This document shows, one piece after another, positions 10,701 to 21,482 of a stretch of 64,000 nt of DNA (the first letter of the stretch is position 1; every line of letters starts with the position of its first letter). The translations under genes were made by a program, and so were the position numbers. The stretch covers positions 2,728,001-2,792,000 of the forward strand of contig OZ251223.1 in assembly GCA_965240325.2 (NCBI GenBank), given 5' to 3'. The notes under the pieces are model-generated. The model ran no database searches. It saw only the letters and a list, made by a program, of their open reading frames with translations, and was not told where the DNA came from. Source of the DNA: Rebecca billardiae RCC1528. Its lineage: Eukaryota > Protista > Haptophyta.

Positions 10701-12657
10701 AACTTTTCTGAGGATAGCGCACCAGCAAAATCCCTTGACCGCCATCCGGATTTTACGGAGGCCGCGTTTGGACGCAGAAACGCGCGATGGCGAGGCCCGC
10801 CCTCGCACCACCGCTCTCGCGAGATCGCGACCGTGCGACCTGCGGCGTTGCGCTCGACGCGCTCTTTCTGCTCGGAGGCCGCGAGGACTCCCAGGTGCGC
10901 CAGCTCGCGAGCGCGCACCTTCCTCCTCGCCGCGCTCGCCGAGCACGAGCCGATCTGCAGCAGATGTGCAAGGAGCCGCATGTGGCCTTCCTCGCGCGCG
11001 CGGCACGGCTGCACACGAAAATCGTTAGAGGGCACTTCTCCGCGCATTCTACATTTTGGGGAAAGAACGCCTGAACTGCACAAAAAGTGCCCTCTAACGC
11101 TTCCGCTCCTCGCCGTTGCGTGCACGCGCAAAGGAGCACTGCAAAGGGTGCGACTGGGAGCATTCCTTCTCCCGGGCGGCCACCACGGCCTCGGAGGTGG
11201 TGAGGAACGCGTCGGCGACCACGGCGTGGACCACCTCCGTCGCGCCGGACACTCCGGTCGCCCCTCGCCGGACTCCATCCTCGCTGCGCGCTGACCGTTT
11301 GCCGAGCGGGCTGCCCCGCCGCCTGCCCGGCGTGTGCCCGCGTGGTGACACAAGATGGTCGAAGGCGTGGCAGCGCGGTGGTGCGTGCGATCGGGGGACC
11401 CCACCTGAGCTACGACACGGGCGCGCGCGCTCATCCGTGCTCATCACGGTGGTGCACGCGCGCGTCACGCGCTCGTCGGCTGTCGCGCGCTGACGGCTGG
11501 GCTGCTTTGGGGTGTCGGCGGCGGCCACAGCTCGCTGGTACGGGCGCGATGGTGGCTGCGAGTGGTACGCGGCGTTGCACCAGGTCCGTGTGCGTCACGC
11601 ACGACGCTCGGCCGGCTCGCCCTCGGACCATTGGCTGAGCCCTACTCGCCGCGCGCACTGCGCGCGGCAGCCGCTCCGCAGCTGCTCCGGGCACGAAGCG
11701 CGCCCCGCGCGCTGCACGTGGGCGCGACGAGGTGGTGCAGCGAGCATGCGCGAGAGTGTGCGCGTGATGGGCACCACCATGACGATACTTGCCATGCACA
11801 TCTGCCTCTCGCCACGCCTTCGTCACGATAGCTGCGACTGCTGCCCGGAGGTGCGCTCGAGCGCTCGCGCGCGTTTGAATCTGGGCTCGGCGGCGATCGC
11901 GTGGACGAGGGGCAGCGCGGTGCACGGTGGCGGAGCGCGTGCGGAGCGCAGCCTACACCTCCTACACGCTCCATCCAGACACATCGCGCATGCTCGCGCG
12001 GCCTCCTCGGTCCATCACGTGCGCGTGCGCGCGCGAGCAGGTGTGCATTCGCCGGGCGCGTTCACGGCGCGCCGCGTTGGCGCGCGCGCACCGATACCCG
12101 TGCGCAGCTCGACGAGCGAGCGCGGTGTGTTTCGATGCGTATGGGGAGGCTCGAATTTACGCGCGCGCACGCGCCGGCCCTCGCCGCCCCTTCGCTCGCC
12201 CACGCCTCATCTGCGCGCTCGGCGTTTGCAGGCAGCTGCGCATTCTTTCCGACACGTGCGCAAACGAGCAGATGGCGCTGGGCGAGGTCGATTGGTGCGT
12301 CAGATATTCGGCAACGACCAGGCCCGCTTGTGTGCCGCCGCTCGTGCTACTCTCGACGACCACCTCTGGCTCGGTCGCGCGCACGAGGCTGCTCGCGGCC
12401 GAATCGTGCCGTGTACCGTCAAGCTGTACCGTGCGCAGCGAGGCGCACTCAGACGTCGGCATGGGCTCGCATGCGAGGGCCCGGCAGTGCGACGCGTCGA
12501 TGGAGCATGCTCCGGATACGCTTCGGCGCACTTCCCGACGCGCACGAGCCGCTCGAAGGCGCGGAAGGGCGCCCAAACGGGGCAACCGCCATTTTGCGCC
12601 ACTTCGGCCCGGATGGCGGTCAAGGGAAATTGCTGGTGCGCTATCCTCAGAAAAGTT
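10701..12657. mobile_element. Non-autonomous DNA transposon, ~50-bp TIRs, TA-flanked
   Basis: AACTTTTCTGAGGATAGCGCACCAGCAAAATCCCTTGACCGCCATCCGG at the left end and its near-perfect reverse complement at the right end; no recognisable transposase. Confidence 0.85.
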
Positions 12658-12659
12658 TA

Positions 12660-12694
<35 letters not shown>

Positions 12695-13835
12695 CTATAT
12701 GTAACTCTCTCTCTCAGTCTCTCTCTGACTCTCCGTGTCGTAACGCGCACACACACACTCACCGTCTCTCAGTCTCTCTCTCTCTAGTTATTGTAGTCTC
12801 GGCGCTTACATGCACTAATACATCAGTCTGTGAGTCAGTCGGTAAGTGACTCAGTGTGAGCGCCGCCACCCGATAAGTTGTGACTGTGCCAGTATGAGAG
12901 TCTGACTCAGTATGTTACTACGAGTACGGAGTCAAACTAGCAGTGTGACCAGCATTGACATCTGACGTGAGTCCGAGCCGGAATATATATCGGCGCAATT
13001 GCGGCGGGCACACTGATACGAGTCACTGCGCGGCACATACCAGGCTGATCATCGACATCATGCGTGCGATCAGTCGCCGGGTCTGGACCGCTCGCCTGCC
13101 CAGTGCATGGCGCCTTTATCCGCCGCCGCTGAGCCTGCTCGCCGGATCGGGAGCTCGACGAGGCCGACGAGCGCAGTCCGAGCCTGATGATGTCGTCCGC
13201 TAGCTTGCTCCGCGGTTCCGGAGCGGACAAGTTGAATCGCGCCCGGGGCCGCGGGCGTGGCGGGCGCCGCCAGTGGCGCTGCCGATCGGGCGGCACTTGT
13301 GAGTCGTATCGTATACATCATTGAGTATGATGATGCTTGACGAGCTGGCGCACGTACGACTTGCTGACGCGACTAGCGCCGCGCAGTGGTCACTGTCACC
13401 ATACTAGTACTACGACTCGATCCGATCCAAGTTCCGGACGATTAGATTCATTCGAGCCATCACGCCAGCCGCCACGAACAATTCATGCGCATCACTAGCT
13501 TATTAAGTGGCGAGTCACGCACGCGAGTCAGAGACTAGTATATTACAGCAGTAATAGATAGAGTAGCAGCAGACGACAGTGCATCAGAGCTGCTTGCTGA
13601 GGACGACGATTCTTGCGGCGGGCATGCGGCGGGCATGCCCATATCATTCAGCCGCCGCATTCAGTAGCAGTAAGCTATATATATAGCACAGAGTCTGAGA
13701 CTCAAGTTTCATTGACTAGTTATACGGTCCGAACGACGACGACCGAAGGATAATATATCCGATGATCATCCGTCGCATGCCTGCGGAAGTCGTCGCGAGC
13801 GTCGGCACGCTTAGCACAGTCGTGAGTGAGCATCA

Positions 13836-16199
13836 TCATCTGAACGCGGGCGCGTCCTCGTGCGGTCGGGATATGAGCGCGCCGATTACCGCGACGACGA
13901 CGCAGATGGTGAGCAGCGCGAGCAGCCTCGGGCATGGCACGCGACCGTCGTCGGGGAAGAGCGAGTCGAGACCTTCCAGCACGCCCGAGCACGGCGGCGC
14001 GTGCGCGCTCGTGCCCTCCTCGATCGGCTCCACAGTGGCCGCGCGAGAGCGGCAGCACCACACCAGCGACGACCGGGCGGAGCGACCGGCCGCGCGGGTC
14101 TCGCCGTTCTCGTGAGCCAGCTCCGTCTTGGGCTCGGCAGCTCGCGCGCGGCCTGAGGCGTCACGCGCCGCAAGCGGCTCGCCGCGGCTGCCGTCCGCCC
14201 AGCCGCTCGCGGCAGCGAACGCAACCAACCGCACGGCGCGCGCGCTCACGCACACGAGGAGGAAGCAGAGGAGCAGCGCGCCAGCAACGACGGCGAACCA
14301 GCGCAGGAGCACGTACCAGCTCAACCCGTCGTCCGCTGCGCCGCCGGCCGCGTCGCCGGCCGCACCTCTGCTCGAGCCCGTCGCGCCGCTCGCGCCCAGC
14401 TCCGTGCGCACTGCGCTGAGCGAGTACGCGCGGATCAGGCTCACGCCGTCGCGCGCGTCGACGAGCTCGACGCGAAGCAGGTTGGTGCCGGGGCCCAGAG
14501 CCCAGCTGAGCTGCAGCGGCGGATCCCAGGGCCCCGTCATGCGCAGCGCAAGCGGGGCCCCGGAGTGATACGCGCCCTGTGCCGCGCCGCCACCGCTGCC
14601 ACTGCCAGCTTCGCCGGCCGGGGCACGCAGCCCTCCAGGTGCCGCCAGCTCCGGCCCGACGCGCACGATGCACGTGCGCGACACGCCGAGCTGCAGGATC
14701 AGGATCGGCTCGTCTACCGGCGCGCTCAGCGAGTACGCCGTGACGTGCGGGCCGACCGCTGGGCTGAGCGCGAGCGCGGCCCCCCCGCTCGCGCGGCTGA
14801 GCTCGAGCCGCGAGAGCCAGGACTCGCACTCAGCCGGGGGCGGCAGCGACGCGATCAGAGTCACGGGCGCCGATGCAGCCTCGGGCTGGTCAGGGGGCGC
14901 GGCGACCCACAGCTCGAGCGTCGGGCTCGAGCCCGCCACGCCCGACGCCGAGCCGATCCGCCAGCTCACGCGCAGCTCGCCCGCGCCGCTGCCCAGCGCC
15001 GAGCCATCGGCCGCGAGCGCGCGCACCTCGGCCGTGCCATCGGCCGCAATCGCGTGCACGCTGACAGACTCGGCGTCGCAGCCGACGAGGACGTGGTACA
15101 CGGTCACGTCGGGGCTAAGCTCGGGAGAGAGGCGCGCCTGGTCCGAGACCGAGAGCCACGACAGCGGCGCGCTGCTCGATGCGGCGCTCCCGACCGCCGC
15201 AGCTGGCTTCTCAGCCGGCGGTGTCCGGGTGTGGTCGCCCTTGGCAGCCGAGCCGACGGCCGACGGCGGCGCGGGCTCGGGCTCGTGCGGCGGCGGCGCA
15301 GACGGGGACGGCGGCGGCGGGTGGGGCGAGTGTGGCCAGAGCACGCGCACCACGTACGCTGGCGCGGCGCGCGCTGCACGCACGCGGATGAGCGCGCGAG
15401 CGCCCGTCTCACGTGCGGCATCATCCAAGTCCAGCCTCACAAGGGCCTGCGCGCCCGCGGCGAGCGGCGTGTCGTCGAGCAGGGCGGGCTGGTCGGCGCG
15501 GTGGCCCTGCGCGTGGACAACGACGGCGTCGATCGAGACCGGCGCGACCACCGTGTAATGCCGCACTTGCGGGCTGAACGGCGGGCTCAGCTCCAGCTCG
15601 CGGTAGTCCCAGCGCGTGACGGAGAGCGAGCTGAGAGAGGCGGCGTCCGAACCGAGTGGTTCGGGCGCGGGCGTCACGCGCGGGGGCTCGTCGGTGCGGC
15701 CGGCGGCACCGAGCGGCGTTGGCTGCGTGTCGCTGAGGGCCGTCGCGGCGTCCACGTCGATCGCGATGCGCACTCTCAAACGACCGATCAGGCCGTTGCG
15801 CGCGACCTCGCCAGGCAGCGCCTGCAGCGTCAGCCACCGCTCGCCCCCGGTCGCGGCGGTGGTCGCGCGGCCGATGGCCTGGTCGCGCTGCAGCACGTCG
15901 ACGTCGAAGACGTCGAAGACGACGTCGTCGGACGGGCCGAGGACGCCCAGCTCGCAGCACTCGCGCCACACTGGGTTCGCACTGTTTGGGATCGTCGCCG
16001 TGCGGCAGTGCGCGCGCGACGCGTGCGCGCTCACGCGGACGTAGGCGTCGTCGCCGTCGCCGATGCGCGCATTGTCCCGATCAGCGAGGGACTCCGCGTG
16101 CAGCACGCACGCCACAACTTCCTGCGCGCGAGCGCCTCCCGCCGCCGCGCATGCGAGGGCGAGGGCGAGCAACAAAGCGGCTGCTCGTCGCACCGCCAT
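13836..16199 (-). CDS. Membrane-anchored secreted protein: signal peptide, C2 domain, three cadherin-like beta-sandwich repeats, C-terminal TM segments
   Basis: MAVRRAAALLLALALACAAA signal; C2 motifs DAYVRV, RTATIPNSANPVW, FDVFDVD..DQAIG; three LSxLxV/L...LSPxxxPxVxxY repeats; hydrophobic WYVLLRWFAVVAGALLLCFLLVCV. Confidence 0.8.
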   Translation of the reverse strand: MAVRRAAALLLALALACAAAGGARAQEVVACVLHAESLADRDNARIGDGDDAYVRVSAHASRAHCRTATIPNSANPVWRECCELGVLGPSDDVVFDVFDVDVLQRDQAIGRATTAATGGERWLTLQALPGEVARNGLIGRLRVRIAIDVDAATALSDTQPTPLGAAGRTDEPPRVTPAPEPLGSDAASLSSLSVTRWDYRELELSPPFSPQVRHYTVVAPVSIDAVVVHAQGHRADQPALLDDTPLAAGAQALVRLDLDDAARETGARALIRVRAARAAPAYVVRVLWPHSPHPPPPSPSAPPPHEPEPAPPSAVGSAAKGDHTRTPPAEKPAAAVGSAASSSAPLSWLSVSDQARLSPELSPDVTVYHVLVGCDAESVSVHAIAADGTAEVRALAADGSALGSGAGELRVSWRIGSASGVAGSSPTLELWVAAPPDQPEAASAPVTLIASLPPPAECESWLSRLELSRASGGAALALSPAVGPHVTAYSLSAPVDEPILILQLGVSRTCIVRVGPELAAPGGLRAPAGEAGSGSGGGAAQGAYHSGAPLALRMTGPWDPPLQLSWALGPGTNLLRVELVDARDGVSLIRAYSLSAVRTELGASGATGSSRGAAGDAAGGAADDGLSWYVLLRWFAVVAGALLLCFLLVCVSARAVRLVAFAAASGWADGSRGEPLAARDASGRARAAEPKTELAHENGETRAAGRSARSSLVWCCRSRAATVEPIEEGTSAHAPPCSGVLEGLDSLFPDDGRVPCPRLLALLTICVVVAVIGALISRPHEDAPAFR

Positions 16200-16306
16200 C
16201 TTTCGTCGATCGCGATCCCGCAATTCGCGTCCGGCAAACAGTGCCTCCGCTCCGCTCCGGACTTCTCCTCGCTTTTTCGTAGTCCCGTCCGCCGCTCGCG
16301 GGCGAC

Positions 16307-16876
16307 ATGGACGACATCATCCGCTGGTGGGGCACGTTAGAGGAGGACAAGCAGCGCGCATACGTCGCGGGAGCCGTCGCGCTGCTCACCGTGCGGGCGC
16401 TGGGCGCTGGGAAGGCGCTTCTGCTCTGCGCATGTGCGTGGTACCTCTCCACTCGAGTGCCGACCGAGGCGTCCTTTCTGCCATGGTTCGAGCGTTGGTT
16501 CAAGGCTGAGTACTTCCCTGGGCTTGCAGAGCGGCTGAAACACGAGCTCTCGCAGCGCGCCGCGCGCCGGACGTCGATATTAGACCGGCTAAGCGACAAG
16601 GTGAACTCATGGCTGGTCGGCTCGACGAAGGGGCTGCAGGCGAGCTTCGTGTACGAGCTCCTCGACAAGCGAGTCATGTTCAGCAGCCTCGTCGTGCTGA
16701 GACTTGCCAGCGTGAACCTGGGCAGTCGCGCGAGCCCGTCGCACGTGTCGTTTGTGGGCGTGCACGATACGTGGATGCTCGCGCCGTGGCATCGCCTCGA
16801 CTTTGACAACATGTCCATCCTCGACGAGGTGGACCCGTCGGTGCGGCCATCTGCTGGGAGGGGTGGCGCGCGTTAG
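16307..16876 (+). CDS. Small membrane protein of unknown function
   Basis: ATG-initiated 189-aa ORF with N-terminal hydrophobic helices and a C-terminal FVGVHDTW motif; head-to-head with the C2 gene (107 bp apart). Confidence 0.7.
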   Translation: MDDIIRWWGTLEEDKQRAYVAGAVALLTVRALGAGKALLLCACAWYLSTRVPTEASFLPWFERWFKAEYFPGLAERLKHELSQRAARRTSILDRLSDKVNSWLVGSTKGLQASFVYELLDKRVMFSSLVVLRLASVNLGSRASPSHVSFVGVHDTWMLAPWHRLDFDNMSILDEVDPSVRPSAGRGGAR

Positions 16877-17148
16877 ATGATTCACGTCACAGCGGCGTGC
16901 TGATCTGCGCCGCGACCGATTTCTCTCCCACATGCGCACGTTAGCTACCACTGACTGGGACAGTACGGCTATCAGACTGCCAATAGCAGGCACCGTTGGG
17001 TGATTGGCGGGTCGATGCCTCTGGACGGGGAGCGCCTTCATAGTCGATCCCTGCAGCATTACAGCGGCAGCCATCGTGCGGCCTCGCACGGAGCCCAGCA
17101 CCGTCAAGTAGCCAACGACATCTCGGCCCCACGGCACGACGAGAGCCG

Positions 17149-18477
17149 ATGGCAGGGATGATGCATCGGGTTCGGCGAGCCCTTCACGCAGCCCCCAAGG
17201 CGGCGGTAGCGTCCCTCCCGCAAGCACTCGTATTCGCTAAGATGACGCAGCTGGCGGCCGAGCACGGAGCCGTCAACCTGGGGCAGGGCTTCCCGTCATG
17301 GCCGACGCCCGACTTTGTGCTGGCGGCGGCCGAGGACGTGCTGCGCTCGCCGGGGGCAGCGAACCAGTACTCTAAGCCGGGCGGCCACCCGGTGCTGCTC
17401 GACGCGATCGCGCGCTTCACCAGCCCGCGCTTTGGCCGCGCGATCACGCCGGCCAACGTGGTCGTCACCAGCGGCGCGCAGGGCGCGATTTTCGACATCT
17501 TCGCCACCTTCTGCGAGCAGGGTGACGAGGCGGTCTGCATCGAGCCCGCGTTCGAGATGTACGGGAAGATCGCGCGCGTGCTCGGATCGACGGTGCGAGG
17601 CGTGCCCCTCGGCAACCTCGAGCGTGCGCGCACCTCGGAGGAGCTCAGCCTCGACGTGGCCGCGCTCGAGGCCGCGATCAACGAGCGCACGCGGTTGCTG
17701 ATCCTGAACACGCCGCACAACCCGACGGGCAAGGTCTTCTCGCGTGCGGAGTACGAGGCGATCGCCGAGCTGGTGCGCCGGCACCCGCGCCTCGTCGTCG
17801 TCGCCGATGACGTGTACGAGTGCATGGTCCTGGGCGACGGCCTCGCCCACGTCAACTTTGCGTCGCTGGACGGCATGTGGGATCGGACTGTGAGCGTGTA
17901 CTCGGCGGGGAAGGCGTTCTCGTGCACGGGCTGGCGGATCGGGTACTGCGTGGCGCCGGCTGAGCTGGTTGGCCCGCTCTCGACCGTGCAGTCGTGCGTC
18001 TCCTTCTGCGCCGCCGCGCCCTTCGAGCTCGCGCTCGCGCGCGCGTTCGACGAGGGCACTGCATCCGGCTACTTTGGCGAGCTCGAGGCGAGCTTGCGCG
18101 CCAAGCGCGACGCGCTCACGGCCGGGCTGGCGGCGGGCGGGCTCCGCCCGATCGTGCCCGGCGGCGGGTACTTCGTGGTGTGCCACACAGGGAGCGTGCC
18201 GGCGGGCGGGCCCTCGCCGCCTGACGCGCTCGCGGACGACACCGCCTTCGCACGTCGGCGCGACTACATTGCGTGCAGCCACCTCACGACCGAGGTGGGC
18301 GTGACGGGCCTGCCCATCGGAGGCTTCTTCTCGGCCGAGCACCGCCACCTCTCCGACAGCGTGCTCCGGTTCGCGTTCTGCAAGACGGACGACGAGATCG
18401 CGGAGGCGTCGCGGAGGCTCAGCGCCGCGGCGCTGTCGCGTGGTGCGCCGCCGTCGGGAGCGACGCCTGCTGCATAG
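17149..18477 (+). CDS. PLP-dependent class I/II aminotransferase, kynurenine/glutamine transaminase-like
   Basis: AVNLGQGFP, NQY..PGGHP, LNTPHNPTGKVF, DDVYE, SAGKAFSCTGWRIG, LRFAFCK. Confidence 0.93.
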   Translation: MAGMMHRVRRALHAAPKAAVASLPQALVFAKMTQLAAEHGAVNLGQGFPSWPTPDFVLAAAEDVLRSPGAANQYSKPGGHPVLLDAIARFTSPRFGRAITPANVVVTSGAQGAIFDIFATFCEQGDEAVCIEPAFEMYGKIARVLGSTVRGVPLGNLERARTSEELSLDVAALEAAINERTRLLILNTPHNPTGKVFSRAEYEAIAELVRRHPRLVVVADDVYECMVLGDGLAHVNFASLDGMWDRTVSVYSAGKAFSCTGWRIGYCVAPAELVGPLSTVQSCVSFCAAAPFELALARAFDEGTASGYFGELEASLRAKRDALTAGLAAGGLRPIVPGGGYFVVCHTGSVPAGGPSPPDALADDTAFARRRDYIACSHLTTEVGVTGLPIGGFFSAEHRHLSDSVLRFAFCKTDDEIAEASRRLSAAALSRGAPPSGATPAA

Positions 18478-18763
18478 CACTGTGACAATAGTTATAGTAC
18501 GAACTAACTATGATGGATGTCCGCCGTGCAGGGCGAAGAGCACGAGCGCCCACTGGCGGGTGACGCGGGTCGCCACGACGGCGCACCACCGCTGCTAGCT
18601 TACTGCTGGGCAGGTTGTCAATGCCACGGACGAACAGAACCGAACTGATACTACCCGCATGCGGCCGCATGGCTGCATACATGCAGCAGTTATTGCTGTT
18701 TACTAGTATATAGTACGTAGTAAGAATAAGAGACGACGCAGTGATCATCAGTCGTATGTTAAT

Positions 18764-19262
18764 AAATTCCCCTTTATAACGGGCTCCGGGTGATCAGACT
18801 GGCGGCCGAAGCCCTCCAGCCCTACAGTCGACGCGGCGTCGCTCACAGCGCAGGCAGGTGTTTGGTGCGGCTGTGCTCTCGAGGTGGCTGGGATACGACA
18901 TCCAGGTGCAGCACCCTCCCCGTGTGGTGTCAGAGCGCGCTCTCGAGCGCGTGCCTCCGAGCGCGGGGCGGCCGCTTGCTGCAATGGCCGCCTCGACGAC
19001 TGGTGCGGCAACGCGCCCCTCACCTGCCTGCGCCGGTCTGTTTTGTGGCGGTGTCTTCGTGCAGTGTTGGATGGCGTCAAGGTCTCTCACTCAAGTGTGC
19101 ACGTTAAAACATAGTAAACTGTACCCTGGCCAGCCCCCAACCAACCACCACCCCCACCCAACCTCAAACCACCGACCGATACACCTAGTCCTTGACACCA
19201 CGGCCACTGTGCCTGGACAGCCCGCCTCCAGAGGGGGCGGGGTATGCCACTGCCAACAGCAT
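18764..19262 (-). mobile_element. Terminal fragment of the 'AAATTCCCC' repeat family (retroelement-like end), interrupted by a nested insertion
   Basis: Aligns to ~37855-38050 once 18825-19123 is removed; related ends at ~8567-8611 and ~34665-34721. Confidence 0.75.
18825..19121. mobile_element. 297-bp Tc1/mariner-type non-autonomous element with TA target duplication
   Basis: TA|CAGTCGAC...GTAAACTG|TA. The empty site CCCTACCC is present in the paralogous repeat at ~37910-37918. Confidence 0.88.
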
Positions 19263-19283
19263 GAGGCGGCCGCAGCCCTCATC

Positions 19284-19422
19284 CAGGCCTCGCAGGCGGA
19301 CGGCTGAACGAATTTTCCGGCGGCGCAGCCATCGGCGACGGCTTCATGGGCGGTGACAGTTGGCGGGCGTCGATCTCGCCTGCCTGAGCTGTGTGCGTCT
19401 CTTATTCTTTCTTAGTAAACTG
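19284..19422 (-). mobile_element. End fragment of the CAGTTTACTA element family
   Basis: Matches 32618-32721, ~32944-33073, ~27997-28045, ~37172-37260 and 37670-37714; ends ...TAGTAAACTG|TA. Confidence 0.85.
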
Positions 19423-19495
19423 TACTGGTACAACCCAACACGGCGGGGTGGTCGTGCTGAAATTGCATGGCGGCAATACTGTACCATATCGCGTC

Positions 19496-20980
19496 ATGAC
19501 GCCCTTGATGGTGATAGCGTGCTCATCGTCGGCCGTGGCGGCGTGGAGTGGAAGGAGCGCGGGCATCGCGTGCGCCGACCTGCGCCGCTGGATGCACCAG
19601 CCCGACGCCCCCGACGCGCCACCCTTCGTGCTCACCACAATCCTAACTCACATGCCCAGGGGCAGGGATCCGCAGATGTGGACGCTCGGCCTCACAGCCG
19701 CTGCGCACGGGATGCCTCTGGTCCTCATCGGCGAGGGCTCGAAGTGGGCGGGCACGACAGGGACCAAGCAACGCCTGATGGGCATTGCAGCGCCTCTCTT
19801 CTTCCACCCCGCGCAGCGGGTCGTCCTGCTCGATGGGCTGGACACGCTCGTGATCGCGGACGTGCCTACGGCCGCCCGGGCGCTCGACCGGCTTCTGGCG
19901 GGGAGGGCGAAGGGCGGCGGAGCTGAAGCCGAGCCGGTGGGGCAGGTGGTGTTCAGCGCGGAGTGCAATGGCTACCCAAACATTCTGTGCCCATTGTACG
20001 GCTCGCGCAGCTCCGACCCCATCGGCCGAATGACGCGCGAGGCCTTCTGGCGGTGCACGCGGCGCTCGGCCACGTGCTACCGGAACGCTGGAATGTACGC
20101 TGGGCATGCGGGCGCGCTGGGAAGGCTCGGGACGTACGTGTACGGGCTGTACACGCGCCACCGGTTTCTATTCGTCCAGCCGGGCGTGGTGGAGCAGCCG
20201 GCGATGCTCTCGCACAAGCGCAAAGGAGGACCACCCTTGGCCACCAGAGCGCAGCGCGTGACGGAGCAGGGGCTCATGTCCGCGGTCTATCTCGCGCTGA
20301 ATGGGACGCGCAGGCACGAGTTCAGCCTGCCCAGCAGCACTCCAGAGTCTGGCGCTGTGCCGCCACCACTCCCACCAGCCAAGCTCGACGAGCACTCCCA
20401 GCTCTTCCTGAACCTCTTCGAGTGCAATGAGCCCAGCAACGGCAGCGCAGCCATCGAACTGCGCACGCACAGGTGCCGGCCGATCAGCAATTACGTGCCA
20501 TCGTGGCTCCTGAAGGGAGGCCTGTCCAAGGGCTTGGTGTATCGACCCGCGCCGGTGGGCATGTTTGGCCCGTCGTACTCGCTCGGGGAGCGCGAGGAGC
20601 TTGGGAAGAGCGTGCATTCGGCAGCCTCTGGAGAGCCCGCGCCCCCACCACCAACAAGACCAGCATTCCTGCATGCGAGTGGGTGGGCGGGGAAGAGTGT
20701 ATTCGATTGGATGAGCAAGATGGAGCTTTCTCGGCTCTTTTTGAATGGGTCTGCAACCCGACGCCAGCCGGGCACCAGCCTTATTCGTGATGCACACGCC
20801 GCTGGTATGGCTGCCTTCGGAGAGTATCGCGTACCCGTGCTGCGTGAGTTGGCTGTGGCCGGCACGACGTTGACCGGCTTGACCGCAACGCCAACAGGCA
20901 GCGCTGCTGATGAGAGGCAGATGATCTGCGAGGACAGCACGCTTGCAACACTGCTGCACTATGCAAGGGCTAGCTTCTAG
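19496..20980 (+). CDS. Glycosyltransferase, PLOD/procollagen GT-domain-like
   Basis: LVLIGEGSKW, VVLLDGLDTL (DxxD), VVFSAECNGYP, YRNAGMYAG, EQGLM, LDEHSQLFLNL, FLHASG follow the PLOD-GT motif order. Confidence 0.75.
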   Translation: MTPLMVIACSSSAVAAWSGRSAGIACADLRRWMHQPDAPDAPPFVLTTILTHMPRGRDPQMWTLGLTAAAHGMPLVLIGEGSKWAGTTGTKQRLMGIAAPLFFHPAQRVVLLDGLDTLVIADVPTAARALDRLLAGRAKGGGAEAEPVGQVVFSAECNGYPNILCPLYGSRSSDPIGRMTREAFWRCTRRSATCYRNAGMYAGHAGALGRLGTYVYGLYTRHRFLFVQPGVVEQPAMLSHKRKGGPPLATRAQRVTEQGLMSAVYLALNGTRRHEFSLPSSTPESGAVPPPLPPAKLDEHSQLFLNLFECNEPSNGSAAIELRTHRCRPISNYVPSWLLKGGLSKGLVYRPAPVGMFGPSYSLGEREELGKSVHSAASGEPAPPPPTRPAFLHASGWAGKSVFDWMSKMELSRLFLNGSATRRQPGTSLIRDAHAAGMAAFGEYRVPVLRELAVAGTTLTGLTATPTGSAADERQMICEDSTLATLLHYARASF

Positions 20981-21076
20981 CAATAGCTGCGCTCGGATGA
21001 TGAGTCGTCGAAACTGCGCGCAATATAGTATATACTGCTCAGTAGTACGTGCTCTCGGTCTCGGACTGCTGACTGA

Positions 21077-21166
<90 letters not shown>

Positions 21167-21168
<2 letters not shown>

Positions 21169-21279
21169 CGACGTGGTATGCAACGGGCAGGCGTCAGAGT
21201 CAGCAAGCTGTAGCAGCAGATCGAGCAGCAGAGACAAACACCAGGATCAGCGCTCCTCGCCGTCGTCCCCCCCCTCATA
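21167..21279 (-). repeat. 113-bp dispersed repeat abutting (TTA)n(TA)n, copy 2
   Basis: Identical to 10498-10610. Confidence 0.93.
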
Positions 21280-21482
21280 ATATATAATATATATTACACG
21301 GCGGTGTAACGAGTAAACGACACGCCGAGTTATTATTTATAATAATAATAATAATAATAAGCTATCGCCTGCATCACGATGACTCTCGATCTATGGCGCC
21401 TACGCCCGATACGAGCAACAGCTTGAAACGGCCGTGCCCGTGGCCGTCGCGCGCGGTTCGACGGCGACGGCGGGTGCCGGTG

